DNA from: an uncultured Alphaproteobacteria bacterium | Lineage (GTDB): Bacteria; Pseudomonadota; Alphaproteobacteria; Rs-D84 | Direction: 5' to 3' | Length of the DNA stretch: 64,000 nt | Assembly: GCA_944392815.1 (NCBI GenBank) | Contig: CALXXY010000001.1 | Coordinates: 64,001-128,000, forward strand | Shown here: positions 29,682 to 39,732 of the stretch, piece by piece | How positions within the stretch are numbered: position 1 is the stretch's first letter | How the letters are laid out: the number at the start of each line of letters is the position of its first letter | Notes under the pieces: model-generated | Databases searched by the model: none | What the model saw: only the letters and a program-made list of their open reading frames with translations | What the model was told of the DNA's origin: nothing | Translations under genes and position numbers: made by a program

Positions 29682-30425
29682 ATGTTTATTCCGAAAATTA
29701 GATATGAACACATTGTTTTAAATGACGAATATATTACGCGTTTGCGCAACAAAACGTGGGATCCACGTGGGGCGTATATGTGCCCACAAACACGCGAAAT
29801 CGTCATATGCCGATACAGTGTCGATGAAAATGCAAACCTGTCGCCCGCTGAAAGAGCACATATGACGATGGCGTGCAGATTGTTGGAAGAAAAAGAAACC
29901 GAACTTGTCGCGCATGAATCCAAGCATATGGACAATTGGATTGTTGATTGGCGCCGCGTAATTCGAACATATTATGAATATTTGGCGCTGCATATGCTGG
30001 ACGAATTGTCTGCCCTGGCGGCGGGGTTCACACATCTGTACACGCACCCAGGGCCGGAACAAATGGGTCCGGCGCTGCGCAACGCCGCAAAATATTATAT
30101 GGGTTGCAATTATATCGGCACATATATGAATGAAATAACGCCTGCGATTAATCGTTCCATTCAAAATGGCGATGCCAGATTAGTGAAATTGGAAAATTGG
30201 GCGCACGAGCATCATCGCAGTTCTTTGTATTCGCCACAATTCCAGGACGCTGTGCGATTGTTTTTCACATTCGGCAACACGTGTATTTTTGATAAACCGT
30301 ATTTCAGTCAATTAAGTAAAATGGACGAATGGCGCGAATTTAAATCAGACCTGATAAAAATTCGCCGTGGCCATTTTGATACACTGCACCGTGTGATTGA
30401 CAAAAAAACCGCACATATACGATAA
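29682..30425 (+). CDS. Hypothetical protein with HExxH motif
   Basis: LVAHESKH followed by DELSA; own TTGACA..TATTAT promoter. Confidence 0.6.
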   Translation: MFIPKIRYEHIVLNDEYITRLRNKTWDPRGAYMCPQTREIVICRYSVDENANLSPAERAHMTMACRLLEEKETELVAHESKHMDNWIVDWRRVIRTYYEYLALHMLDELSALAAGFTHLYTHPGPEQMGPALRNAAKYYMGCNYIGTYMNEITPAINRSIQNGDARLVKLENWAHEHHRSSLYSPQFQDAVRLFFTFGNTCIFDKPYFSQLSKMDEWREFKSDLIKIRRGHFDTLHRVIDKKTAHIR

Positions 30426-30432
30426 CACATTG

Positions 30433-31722
30433 TTAAATTAAATCGCCGGATTTAATGTATTCTGGGGTGCCGGGCCGTAACGATTTGCGGGCACGGGTGG
30501 CGTATTTGCGTGCCAATTCCGGTTTGTTCATCATGTGATAATATTCGGCGCGCGCCCAATCGGCACGTCCGTCATCGTATGCCCGCGCCAGAACCCAATA
30601 TGTCAGTGGCATTGGCGTGGCCAGCAATGCACGTTTGCACATTTCAATGGCACGGTCACGGTCGCCTGGCTTGTTTCGTTCGGTCAATACCAATGCCAGC
30701 GCAGTTTCTATCTGGGGGGCGTTGCTGGTTAATGTTAATGATTTTTCATATGCGTCAACGCTGTCATCATAATGCCCCAATTGGTATTCTATGTCGCCCA
30801 ACAATTCATAAAAATATGGATTATTCGGATTACGCGATATCAGTGTTAATGTACCCACGCGCGCATCGTCCAGATTGCCCGCCTGCATGCGGGCAATTGC
30901 ACGCGCATACAATGCCGCGTCCGATGTGTCTGAATTCGGATATGCGGTTGCAACATTTGCGGCGTTGTCCAGATATCCGATTAATTTGGCACGCACCAGT
31001 TCAAATTCTGCGCGTTGTTCATCGGTTGGCGCGTTTGTCGGCGTGTAATCATCGTCCAATGTTTCAATGTGTGTTCGCACATTCGCCAGGCGTTCCGCCG
31101 TCAATGGGTGGTTTATTCTGTTCGGATTTATTCGCGATTCCAGCGCGCCGGTCATATGTTCCATTTGCTCGAACACCTGGATAAATCCATTCGGATTTAA
31201 TTTCGCCCGCAGCATTAATTTCAACCCCATGTCGTCGGCGATGCGTTCCTCGTCCCGGGTGAATGCCAGCATGGATTGCTGGGCCACGCCGCTGGAACCG
31301 GCCAATACCCCCGCCCCCAACGACGGATCACCGCCCGCGGCCATTAATCCGATACCCAATGCCTGAATCAACATTGTGCGCGTCATTTCAGCACTCATAC
31401 GATCGGCCATTTGCGCCATGTGGCCGCCCAAAGTATGCCCCAATTCGTGGGCGACAACGGCCTGTAATGCGTCGGGCGATTTTATTTGTGTCAACAGGCC
31501 TGTGTATACATACACATCTTCGCCCCCCATAACAAACGCATTGAATTCGTTTTCACCAATAATATGCACCCGCAGGCGGCCGTCTGGGATATTTGCAGCC
31601 GCGGCCAACGGCGCAATTAATTCTGTGATAACGCGTTCGGTTTCTGTATCGTTTATCAGCGACGCACCATGCGCAGGAATCGAAAATACGGCACATAAAA
31701 ATAATACCAGAATTTTACGCAC
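30433..31722 (-). CDS. M48 family metalloprotease with TPR (BepA/YfgC-like)
   Basis: FNAFV, AHELGH, FTRDEERIAD, HPLTAERL; signal peptide. Confidence 0.9.
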   Translation of the reverse strand: MRKILVLFLCAVFSIPAHGASLINDTETERVITELIAPLAAAANIPDGRLRVHIIGENEFNAFVMGGEDVYVYTGLLTQIKSPDALQAVVAHELGHTLGGHMAQMADRMSAEMTRTMLIQALGIGLMAAGGDPSLGAGVLAGSSGVAQQSMLAFTRDEERIADDMGLKLMLRAKLNPNGFIQVFEQMEHMTGALESRINPNRINHPLTAERLANVRTHIETLDDDYTPTNAPTDEQRAEFELVRAKLIGYLDNAANVATAYPNSDTSDAALYARAIARMQAGNLDDARVGTLTLISRNPNNPYFYELLGDIEYQLGHYDDSVDAYEKSLTLTSNAPQIETALALVLTERNKPGDRDRAIEMCKRALLATPMPLTYWVLARAYDDGRADWARAEYYHMMNKPELARKYATRARKSLRPGTPEYIKSGDLI

Positions 31723-33769
31723 TGATGTTTACCCCACGATCAAATATAAACATTAAATCACGCGTCCACGCGTCCATTTCAACCATATCACGCGCCGCGG
31801 ACGCAGCCAATTTGAACAAATCCCTGTGGCGAACATAATCCACAAAATGGTAATTTATCCACCCACTTTGGCGGGTGCCCAATAACTCGCCAGTGCCACG
31901 CATAATTAAATCCTGTTCGGCGATGGCAAAACCGTCGTCTGTTTCGGTTAATACGTCCAATCGTTTCAGGCCCGTTTCGCTGATATTGCGCCCGTACAGC
32001 AATATGCAATATGATTGCAAATTTCCGCGCCCAACACGACCGCGCAACTGGTGCAACGCCGCCAGTCCAAAACGTTCTGCGTTTTCAATAACGATGATTG
32101 TCGCACGGGGGACGTCTATGCCAACCTCGATAACCGTGGTGGCGACGAGTATTTTCATGTCGGAATTATCGTCTGCGAATTTGGCCATGACGGCGTCACG
32201 CTGTTTTTTATCCATTTGGCCGTGTACCAGACCCGCATGCGGAAATATTTTTTTCAATTCATCAAAACGCGCATTAACAGCGGTTAAATCCGATACTTCG
32301 GATTCCATAACCAATGGACATACCCAAAACACTTTGGCCCCAGAATCAATTTGCAATTTCAATCGCGCAATTAATTCGCCAACGCGCGCAATCGGCAATT
32401 TTGTCGTGATAATGGGTAATCGGCCGGCGGGCTTTTCATTTATAATCGACACGTCCATATCGCCGTATATTGTCATGGACAGCGTGCGCGGAATCGGCGT
32501 TGCGGACAGTGCCAACAAATCTGGATTTGCGCCCTTGGCACGTAATGATTCGCGCTGGGAAACGCCAAAGCGATGTTGTTCGTCCACGATAACCAATCCC
32601 AAATCTTTGTATTCCACATCGTCGGAAAACAGCGCATGCGTGCCGACAACTATTTTCGTACGCCCGGAACGCAATGATACCAATTTTTCACGGCGGGGGG
32701 CGCCCTTGTCCCGGCCGGTCAGGATATCGCACACCAATCCCATTTTATCGCACATGGGTTTTATTTTTGCATAGTGTTGTTGCGCCAGTGTATCCGTTGG
32801 TGCCAGCAATGCCGTTTGCGCACCTGATTCCGCCATTTTTACTGCGGCCGCCAATGCGACGATCGTTTTACCACTGCCCACGTCGCCCTGGACCAGGCGC
32901 ATCATGGGCACATCGCGCGACATATCGTCAAATATTTCACGCAGCGTACGCATTTGCGCCCCGGTTAATTCAAACGGCAATGTGGCGTAAAATTTTCGCA
33001 TTAAATCATGTTTTTGTGGCCGCACAGTGCGACGATTGCGAACGTCCATGCGATTACGGCGGCTGATAACTATGGCCGATTGATGTGCCAACAATTCCCA
33101 ATACGCCAATTTTACAACGTACTGGGAATTCGGTAATAAATCATCGCCTGATTCTGGATAATGCACATGACGCAAAGCATCGAAAAATTCGCGCACGTTT
33201 GAATCAGGTTCCCCATTTATTTTTTCGGGCAATATGTTAAAAATCTGGTCGCGAACATTGGCAAATGTTTTTTGGGTTAACCCTTCGCCTGATGGATAGA
33301 TTGCCTGGATTGACGGGATTTTATCCGCATTTTGCATTTCTTCGATAAAATCAGGGTGATTAATTGTCGGGCGCGTGGTGCGTTCCAATTTTCCACTGAC
33401 CATGCGCCATTCGCCAATCGGTAATTTTTTCAGCCAATAATCTAAAAAATTCACATTGAAAAATTGAATGACGACACTGTTGCCCATTTTATCGTTGCAG
33501 ACAATCTGGGTCGGGCGACGATGACCACGAAACGCCCCGCCCGCCCGATGGGATTTGACCAATAACGGAATTGTTATAACATCGCCCGGTTGTGCCGCGT
33601 CCACGTTTTCAGTAATTTCGCGTGCACGAACGTATGCCGGCGTGTGCAACAAAAAATCCAACACACGCCGCCCCCCCAGGACGTCTGCAAATCGCGCGGC
33701 CAAAACAGGACCAACGCCCTTGATAAATTGCAAATCTGTGTTCAAAAATTCAAATAATTCACGTTTCAT
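31715..33769 (-). CDS. recG: ATP-dependent DNA helicase RecG
   Basis: QGDVGSGKT, DEQHRFGV, SATPIPRTL, LHQLRGRVGRG. Confidence 0.97.
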   Translation of the reverse strand: MKRELFEFLNTDLQFIKGVGPVLAARFADVLGGRRVLDFLLHTPAYVRAREITENVDAAQPGDVITIPLLVKSHRAGGAFRGHRRPTQIVCNDKMGNSVVIQFFNVNFLDYWLKKLPIGEWRMVSGKLERTTRPTINHPDFIEEMQNADKIPSIQAIYPSGEGLTQKTFANVRDQIFNILPEKINGEPDSNVREFFDALRHVHYPESGDDLLPNSQYVVKLAYWELLAHQSAIVISRRNRMDVRNRRTVRPQKHDLMRKFYATLPFELTGAQMRTLREIFDDMSRDVPMMRLVQGDVGSGKTIVALAAAVKMAESGAQTALLAPTDTLAQQHYAKIKPMCDKMGLVCDILTGRDKGAPRREKLVSLRSGRTKIVVGTHALFSDDVEYKDLGLVIVDEQHRFGVSQRESLRAKGANPDLLALSATPIPRTLSMTIYGDMDVSIINEKPAGRLPIITTKLPIARVGELIARLKLQIDSGAKVFWVCPLVMESEVSDLTAVNARFDELKKIFPHAGLVHGQMDKKQRDAVMAKFADDNSDMKILVATTVIEVGIDVPRATIIVIENAERFGLAALHQLRGRVGRGNLQSYCILLYGRNISETGLKRLDVLTETDDGFAIAEQDLIMRGTGELLGTRQSGWINYHFVDYVRHRDLFKLAASAARDMVEMDAWTRDLMFIFDRGVNISA

Positions 33770-33836
33770 ATACTATAAAATTAGTCAAATTCGACACATT
33801 TTGCAATCGATTTCGTTGTTTGCACCAAATACCGTT

Positions 33837-34097
33837 TTATTGTATCACTGCGGTTTTTATCAGGGCGACGTCTTCGCGGATTGTGTCGATTTTTATTTGC
33901 AACTGCCCCAGGCCTGTTTCCAATATCGTTGTGCGATTTTCCAACGCTGTCAGGCGGTTGTCCGCGCGGTGCAGTTCATCTATTGATGAATCCTGGCGCG
34001 CGGCCCAATATATTACGCCCGCGATGAATACGATTAAAAACCAACTGTTGCGTAAAAAATCCAACAATCCCATTACACTGTTGGATTGTGATGTCAT
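33837..34097 (-). CDS. Small TM plus coiled-coil protein at end of virion module (holin/XhlA-like)
   Basis: One TM (WFLIVFIAGVIYW) plus heptad tail; coupled to upstream gene. Confidence 0.6.
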   Translation of the reverse strand: MTSQSNSVMGLLDFLRNSWFLIVFIAGVIYWAARQDSSIDELHRADNRLTALENRTTILETGLGQLQIKIDTIREDVALIKTAVIQ

Positions 34098-34291
34098 TAT
34101 TTCCCCCGTTGTATCATGTTTTCAATTTGATGTACCAGTGCACGTTGGGCTTCGATTCCGCGCAGTTCTGCGTCGGTGGCGTTCGGACCCAATGTACGTT
34201 CGATTGTAATTTTGCGCAAATGTTGTAATACCATCGCGCCGGCTGCAGTACTGAAAGTGCGCGCATAATTTTGTTCCAAATCTTTGTTCAT
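34097..34291 (-). CDS. Bbp19-like phage protein downstream of portal
   Basis: TFSTAAGAMVLQHL...AELRGIEAQRALVHQI; position after portal. Confidence 0.7.
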   Translation of the reverse strand: MNKDLEQNYARTFSTAAGAMVLQHLRKITIERTLGPNATDAELRGIEAQRALVHQIENMIQRGK

Positions 34292-35526
34292 AATATATTC
34301 CCCTGGGTCAAAGTTTCTGCCATTGTCATTTTTGTAATCGGTGCGATGTATTTTAATTCTGCGTCGCTGTGCAGTGTGATTTTTTCAATCACGCCACGGC
34401 GCGATAAAATCTGCAGCCCGCGTTCCACCAATGGGTGAATAAACTCGTGCAACAGTCGCCCGTATGTCGCGCCCAGAATTCTGGCCATGTCTGCATTACG
34501 CGCCAGGATTTCTGTGGCGGTCATTTCTTTTTCAGACAGCAATCCCAATCTGTCGGCCAATAATGTGTGACGGATACGATCACGCAAATCAGTCAATATA
34601 ATTTGTGATACATCGAAATTCGCCCCGGACGATAATGGCGTCAGTCCTGATGAACCGACGGCTTTTGGTATGATGGCGCCTGGTGTCAGGTTTATATTAG
34701 ACAAATTTATCACGCCGTCATCGTCGGCCTGCCATATGCCAGACACGGCGATTGTTGCGTTTTTCAAAACCAGTTCCACAACTTTGTTGGCTGTTTTTAT
34801 ATCCGGCAATGCGCGCAGCACTGGGCCACGGCCGTATTGTTCACCACTGGCCACGGACCAGCGAAATATTATGTATGGATTTGTTTCGAATGTGCCGGTT
34901 GCGACAATGTTATTTTCCAATTCGCCGCCGACGTCCAACCATGCTGTAAAATCCGATCCGACCAAACTTTGCACCAGGCGCAACTGTGTTTCTGGGTCTG
35001 ATTTTATTGTATCGCGCAAATTTGATGGTGGCGTCCAATTAGGATATTTTTCCAATACCTGGCGTGCGGACATGGTGGCCGTATGAAATACTGCACCCGG
35101 CAAAATGGCCAGGTCGCGCATAGGAATCGCGGTAAACGAAAACGCAGACGCGGCACCAATCGGATTTTCCGCCATAAACAGGCATGCCGTGCCCAGCACT
35201 ATCAAATCCATATAGCATTGATGGATTGTGGTATAAAAATTAGAATCGTTCAGATTCGCACGCAATGCCGCACAGGCCGCAGTGGCGTCCGGGGAATCCG
35301 CACTTTCGGGCACCAATGATACCCACAGTGATTCTGGTGGCGTCAGCAACGAATAAATAGATGCCGCCAAATTATCGGCTGCGTCCGCGGCGGTGGCATC
35401 GAATACCAATGCTGCGTCGTCATCAGATGTTGGCATTGTATAACGTTGGGCCATGTCCCATCTGTTCAGCCATGGTGTACGCATATCCAATGCGCGACGA
35501 TACATTTGTTGTAAATTTTTTTGCAT
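34288..35526 (-). CDS. Podovirus-type portal / head-tail connector
   Basis: FDATAADAADNLAASI, RWSVASGEQYGRGP, ALPDIKTAN, MTATEI, LGATYGRL. Confidence 0.9.
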   Translation of the reverse strand: MQKNLQQMYRRALDMRTPWLNRWDMAQRYTMPTSDDDAALVFDATAADAADNLAASIYSLLTPPESLWVSLVPESADSPDATAACAALRANLNDSNFYTTIHQCYMDLIVLGTACLFMAENPIGAASAFSFTAIPMRDLAILPGAVFHTATMSARQVLEKYPNWTPPSNLRDTIKSDPETQLRLVQSLVGSDFTAWLDVGGELENNIVATGTFETNPYIIFRWSVASGEQYGRGPVLRALPDIKTANKVVELVLKNATIAVSGIWQADDDGVINLSNINLTPGAIIPKAVGSSGLTPLSSGANFDVSQIILTDLRDRIRHTLLADRLGLLSEKEMTATEILARNADMARILGATYGRLLHEFIHPLVERGLQILSRRGVIEKITLHSDAELKYIAPITKMTMAETLTQGNIL

Positions 35527-35551
35527 GTTTATATACCTTTTGGTTGATGGT

Positions 35552-36400
35552 TTATATTTTGAAATTCGTGTTTGCATTAAAAATTTTTGGGGTGCGCCCA
35601 ATCGGGTGCACTGGCGTTGGAACGGCCGATACAGCGCCCGCGACTGCGTCCAGGCCATCGTCGTGACCAATTGTGCCGCTGGGCGTCCAACCCAGCATTT
35701 CTGCCAATAATGGTGTTGATTGAATACGCGTGTGCGCATGCAGGCGGCCGGACGTTAAAACAGGTTCAATTGCGTCCAGAATTCTGGTTTCTTTTTTCCA
35801 ATGGTTAACCACATTTTGAATCGTTATGGTTATGTTTTTTCGTGCCGACACGTCCCGCATTATTTCCGGCAACGCATTGCCAATGCCGTTTGTTTCTATG
35901 TTTATTCGGCGCATGCCATGGCGCTGCATAAATTCCAGCACCATTTCGCATTGGCGTGCCAGTGGGTGTAATTCGTCGTCTGGCACCAATAAATATACGA
36001 TGTCGTGCACGAATATATGTCGCGTTTTATCATCGCGATATATCAATGCGCATACACTGCCGTCGGAATTTTTACGCCCGGTGGACGGATCCCAATACAT
36101 TGTCGCGCCAGTGATTGTATATTCGCCAATGCGCGCGGTATGCACATTAAAGTCATCGTTGTACATACGCAATGCGTCTGGATCCAATTTCGCCCTGTCG
36201 GGGGCAATAAATTCCAACATCATTTGTGCAGAAAAATATCGCGCCCCGACCGCATTACGCAGTTCGTCTATGCGCGCAGGCGGAAATAATTCCGGCCAGG
36301 CGGGCGTGCCGTCTGGGGAAATTATCGGTATTTTTAATTCACGATATCCCCGCAAAAAAGGCGTTGAAAAACTAAAATTTTTATATACCATATCTGACAT
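35552..36400 (-). CDS. Terminase large subunit, C-terminal nuclease half (start 36400 or 36391)
   Basis: WPELF, FSAQMML, YWDPS, IETNGIG, KETRI, HDDGLDA RNaseH-like motifs. Confidence 0.85.
   Translation of the reverse strand: MSDMVYKNFSFSTPFLRGYRELKIPIISPDGTPAWPELFPPARIDELRNAVGARYFSAQMMLEFIAPDRAKLDPDALRMYNDDFNVHTARIGEYTITGATMYWDPSTGRKNSDGSVCALIYRDDKTRHIFVHDIVYLLVPDDELHPLARQCEMVLEFMQRHGMRRINIETNGIGNALPEIMRDVSARKNITITIQNVVNHWKKETRILDAIEPVLTSGRLHAHTRIQSTPLLAEMLGWTPSGTIGHDDGLDAVAGAVSAVPTPVHPIGRTPKIFNANTNFKI
36360..36368 (+). repeat. 9-bp direct repeat GGCGTTGAA, left copy
   Basis: Identical to 39715-39723; brackets the block interrupting terminase. Confidence 0.5.
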
Positions 36401-37952
36401 GGACTTTACCCCGAAAACATTGCCGAATAATCTGGAGGCCGAACAGGCCGTTCTGGCCGCGGTGTTAATGAACAACCGCGCGTTGGAACGTGTGTCTGAA
36501 TTTCTGCGACCGGAACATTTTTCGCACCCTGCGCACCAGGAAATTTACAAATTGGCCGAACGGCAATTTGCCGCCGGAATACCGTTTGATATCATCACGG
36601 CCAAAAACTATCTGGATCAACAGGGCGTGTTGGAATCTGTGGGTGGCGTGGAATATCTGACGCAATTGGCGTCTGCGGGCGCAACCGTGGTGAACGTCGA
36701 ACAATACGGGCGCATAGTTTATGAAAACGCCATGCGACGCGAATTAATCAACCTGGGGCAATCCATTACCGATGCCGCTTTTGTCGAGGATTTGGATAAT
36801 CCTGTCACTGCACAAATCGAAACGGCCGAACAAAAATTATTTGAAATGGCGTCGACCGGCATTTCTGAACGCGAGGTTGCACCCATATCCACCGCATTAC
36901 AGGACGCATTGAAAGAGGCCGAAATCGCATACAAGGCCGATGGACAACTGTCTGGGTTGACAACTGGGTTGACCGCGTTGGATAAATCCATCAGTGGTCT
37001 GCACCATTCCGATTTGATTATTATTGCCGGTCGTCCCGCAATGGGAAAAACCACGCTGGCGATGAATATCGCGTTTAATGCCGCGAATGCTATTTTATAC
37101 GGTCGCGCCAACGAACGGTACAAAGGCGCCGTGGTGTTTTTCAGTTTGGAAATGTCAAAATCCCAATTGGCGGCGCGTGTGTTATCGTCGCAATCGAAAA
37201 TTCCTGCGTCTGCCATGCGCGAAGGGTCACTGACCGACGAAGATTTCCTGAAAATGTCACAGTATGCCGATGCTATTAGCAAAGTGCCTTTGTACATTGA
37301 TGATACGCCTGGAATGTCTGTGCCGATGTTGCGGACACGCGCGCGTCGTTTGGCACGCAAATGTGGCGGCATTGCGTTAATCGTAATTGACTATTTGCAA
37401 TTGATGACGTCACCCGGTGGCAAAAACAAGGATAATCGTGTCCAGGAATTATCCGAAATCACGCGCGGTCTGAAAATGCTGGCCAAGGAACTGGATGTGC
37501 CTGTTATTGCCCTGTCCCAGTTGTCGCGCAGTGTTGAATCGCGCGATGACAAACGGCCCCAGTTGTCTGATTTGCGTGAATCTGGGTCCATCGAACAGGA
37601 CGCCGACATTGTTATGTTTACATATCGCGAAGAATACTATCTGGAAAATCGCGACCCGTCACAGCGCATTTCCGGCAATGCCAACGAAAAAATTATCGAA
37701 AGTTTCCAAAAACGTTTGGAACGCGCACGTGGCAAAGCCGATGTGATTATCGGGAAAAATCGTCATGGACGGCCTGAAACTGTGCACATGGCATTTTTCG
37801 GCGATTACAGTTTGTTTGACAATCTGGAAGAAACCAATGCCCGCGGCGAAAATGATTTCAATAATCCGACCGAGGGTATGCCTGATGTCGATATGTCTGA
37901 ACAGCCAACGCCGATTGATGCGGACGCCATTCCAGACGATATGCCGCTGTAA
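36399..37952 (+). CDS. dnaB: Replicative DNA helicase
   Basis: PNNLEAEQAVL, AGRPAMGKT, FSLEM, IDYLQL, LSQLSR, DLRESGSIEQDAD, KNRHG. Confidence 0.97.
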   Translation: MDFTPKTLPNNLEAEQAVLAAVLMNNRALERVSEFLRPEHFSHPAHQEIYKLAERQFAAGIPFDIITAKNYLDQQGVLESVGGVEYLTQLASAGATVVNVEQYGRIVYENAMRRELINLGQSITDAAFVEDLDNPVTAQIETAEQKLFEMASTGISEREVAPISTALQDALKEAEIAYKADGQLSGLTTGLTALDKSISGLHHSDLIIIAGRPAMGKTTLAMNIAFNAANAILYGRANERYKGAVVFFSLEMSKSQLAARVLSSQSKIPASAMREGSLTDEDFLKMSQYADAISKVPLYIDDTPGMSVPMLRTRARRLARKCGGIALIVIDYLQLMTSPGGKNKDNRVQELSEITRGLKMLAKELDVPVIALSQLSRSVESRDDKRPQLSDLRESGSIEQDADIVMFTYREEYYLENRDPSQRISGNANEKIIESFQKRLERARGKADVIIGKNRHGRPETVHMAFFGDYSLFDNLEETNARGENDFNNPTEGMPDVDMSEQPTPIDADAIPDDMPL

Positions 37953-38022
37953 ACATTTTATGCTTGCCAAACGCATCTAAATTGACTAAAATTTTTGTCA
38001 AGAAATTCCAAGGAGATTTGCG

Positions 38023-39030
38023 ATGGCCCAAGAAGAAATAATTTTCCCAAATAATATCAGAAATATTCGTTTGGCCAATGGCATGAAAATGACTGAATTG
38101 GCACGCCAGGCAAATTTATCGCTGTCGGCGGTATCCAAAATCGAAAAAGGTGTACGCCGTTTAAATCAAAAACAATTATTGAATATTTGTAATATTTTGG
38201 GTTGCAAATTATCCGATATTTTTATCAAGGAATCTGATGACGTTGCCGGCCAATGGCAAAGCGAAATCAAACGCCGTCTGAATGATAACGAAGACAGTGG
38301 TCTGAAAATTTTTGGCAGCGGGCTGCGCAAAATTCGCCAACAGTCGGGCAAAACTATTGCCCAGGCCGCGGCCGATGCCGGTATGACATTGTCTGTGTAT
38401 CATAAAATCGAGGTCGGCCAGCGCGAAATTTACGAAAACGAAATTGAACCTTTGGCCAAATCGTTTGGATATACTGCTGAATCCATGTTGGATAAAATCG
38501 CGACTTTGTATAAATCTGGCGAATTGAACAAGCAGATTAACAAGGTCAAAGAACGCGTTAAATCCGTATTGGTGCCGGGTAATCCATTGTCTGGAATCGA
38601 TGTGCACAGCAGTTTGTATGGTGCAAAATTATACGACAGCGCACGCAAAAAATTGGTGCCTGTGTTCGGTGCGCCATCGGGCAAAGCAATCGCGTTCAAA
38701 AAATCTGACAAAACAATGATTGTTGCCCCCATGCCGCTGGAGGGTCATTCTGGCATATATGCGATTATCCCGAATTCCAAACGGTTGGGCGGTTTTATCC
38801 CAGAACATGCCTATGTTTTTGCAGACGCCGACACGCCGGCCGCGATTGGTGATTTGGCTGTTTGCATTGATACAGATTTTAATTCGTTGGATTCAAATGA
38901 CACCGCTGTGGCACAAATCGCTGTTGTTCGCACAGATTCGCGGGGCAAAATTTACGGCCAGATTTCTGCGCCCGAAGAAAAAATCGTCGCCCCCACCATG
39001 CACAAGGTTGTCATGATTGTCATGGAATAA
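38023..39030 (+). CDS. Transcriptional regulator with two XRE HTH domains
   Basis: NNIRNIR..ELARQANLSLSAVSKIEKG and LRKIR..AADAGMTLSVYHKIEVG. Confidence 0.85.
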   Translation: MAQEEIIFPNNIRNIRLANGMKMTELARQANLSLSAVSKIEKGVRRLNQKQLLNICNILGCKLSDIFIKESDDVAGQWQSEIKRRLNDNEDSGLKIFGSGLRKIRQQSGKTIAQAAADAGMTLSVYHKIEVGQREIYENEIEPLAKSFGYTAESMLDKIATLYKSGELNKQINKVKERVKSVLVPGNPLSGIDVHSSLYGAKLYDSARKKLVPVFGAPSGKAIAFKKSDKTMIVAPMPLEGHSGIYAIIPNSKRLGGFIPEHAYVFADADTPAAIGDLAVCIDTDFNSLDSNDTAVAQIAVVRTDSRGKIYGQISAPEEKIVAPTMHKVVMIVME

Positions 39031-39057
39031 TTCCATAACCCCAGGGAGAGAGCACAC

Positions 39058-39732
39058 ATGAAAGCCAAAGCCAGCACAGTTGCACAGAAATTGTTAAATC
39101 TGTATCGCCAGGAACATGTTATTTTCGGCGGCTGGGCCGCGGTTAATCGCGTTTTTGTGGACGAAGCCACCGATGACGTAATACATGAATTGCGCAATTT
39201 GCCAACCGGGAAAAATCTGGTGCGGCATATTGAAAATTTACGCAGTGGCAAAACCCCCATGGATTCAATCGAACGCGAATTGTTGCCGTACGATGGATTG
39301 ATGGACGAAACTGTGGCAACGGTGCCTTTGACGGCCGCAGAATGGGCGGAATTGGAATCCGGTATTGATGCGTTCACAACCGACCAAAATGGACTGGACG
39401 AAATTCAACAATTAAATGTTGTAAAAAAATTCGGCGACCAATGGTTGGTGGCTATACGTGCTGCATTAAATGCCCGGCCTGATTTGTTGGAAAAATGGTC
39501 GGTTATCAACAAAACATATCGCGCGTATTATTTGTGGAAAGTGGCCAGTGATATGTTAACCCAGCCGCTGTCTGAACGTGCGCGCGCGCAATTACAGGCC
39601 GACATGCCCGAATACGAAACGTATTTGCCAATGTTTGGTGATGCCGGCAATGAATTGTTGGAAAAACTGCGTTCGTTTATTTCCACAACAATCCCCGATG
39701 AAACGAACGACGATGGCGTTGAATCCATTTAA
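39058..39732 (+). CDS. Hypothetical protein
   Basis: 224-aa ORF with GGGAGAG RBS; stop overlaps terminase N-half stop. Confidence 0.75.
   Translation: MKAKASTVAQKLLNLYRQEHVIFGGWAAVNRVFVDEATDDVIHELRNLPTGKNLVRHIENLRSGKTPMDSIERELLPYDGLMDETVATVPLTAAEWAELESGIDAFTTDQNGLDEIQQLNVVKKFGDQWLVAIRAALNARPDLLEKWSVINKTYRAYYLWKVASDMLTQPLSERARAQLQADMPEYETYLPMFGDAGNELLEKLRSFISTTIPDETNDDGVESI
39715..39723 (+). repeat. 9-bp direct repeat GGCGTTGAA, right copy
   Basis: Identical to 36360-36368. Confidence 0.5.

Noticed and set aside
31875-32774. 299-aa plus-strand ORF and similar long overlapping ORFs
   Set aside because: Antisense to recG or other well-supported genes; no motifs of their own.
35826-36398. 708-aa ORF suggesting DnaB with a 190-aa N-terminal extension
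   Set aside because: The extension is the antisense shadow of the terminase nuclease half; DnaB homology and a promoter point to ATG 36399.
36399-37952. dnaB as a phage replication gene or intein carrier
   Set aside because: Canonical cellular DnaB with N-terminal domain, normal length, no intein motifs, and opposite strand to the virion genes.
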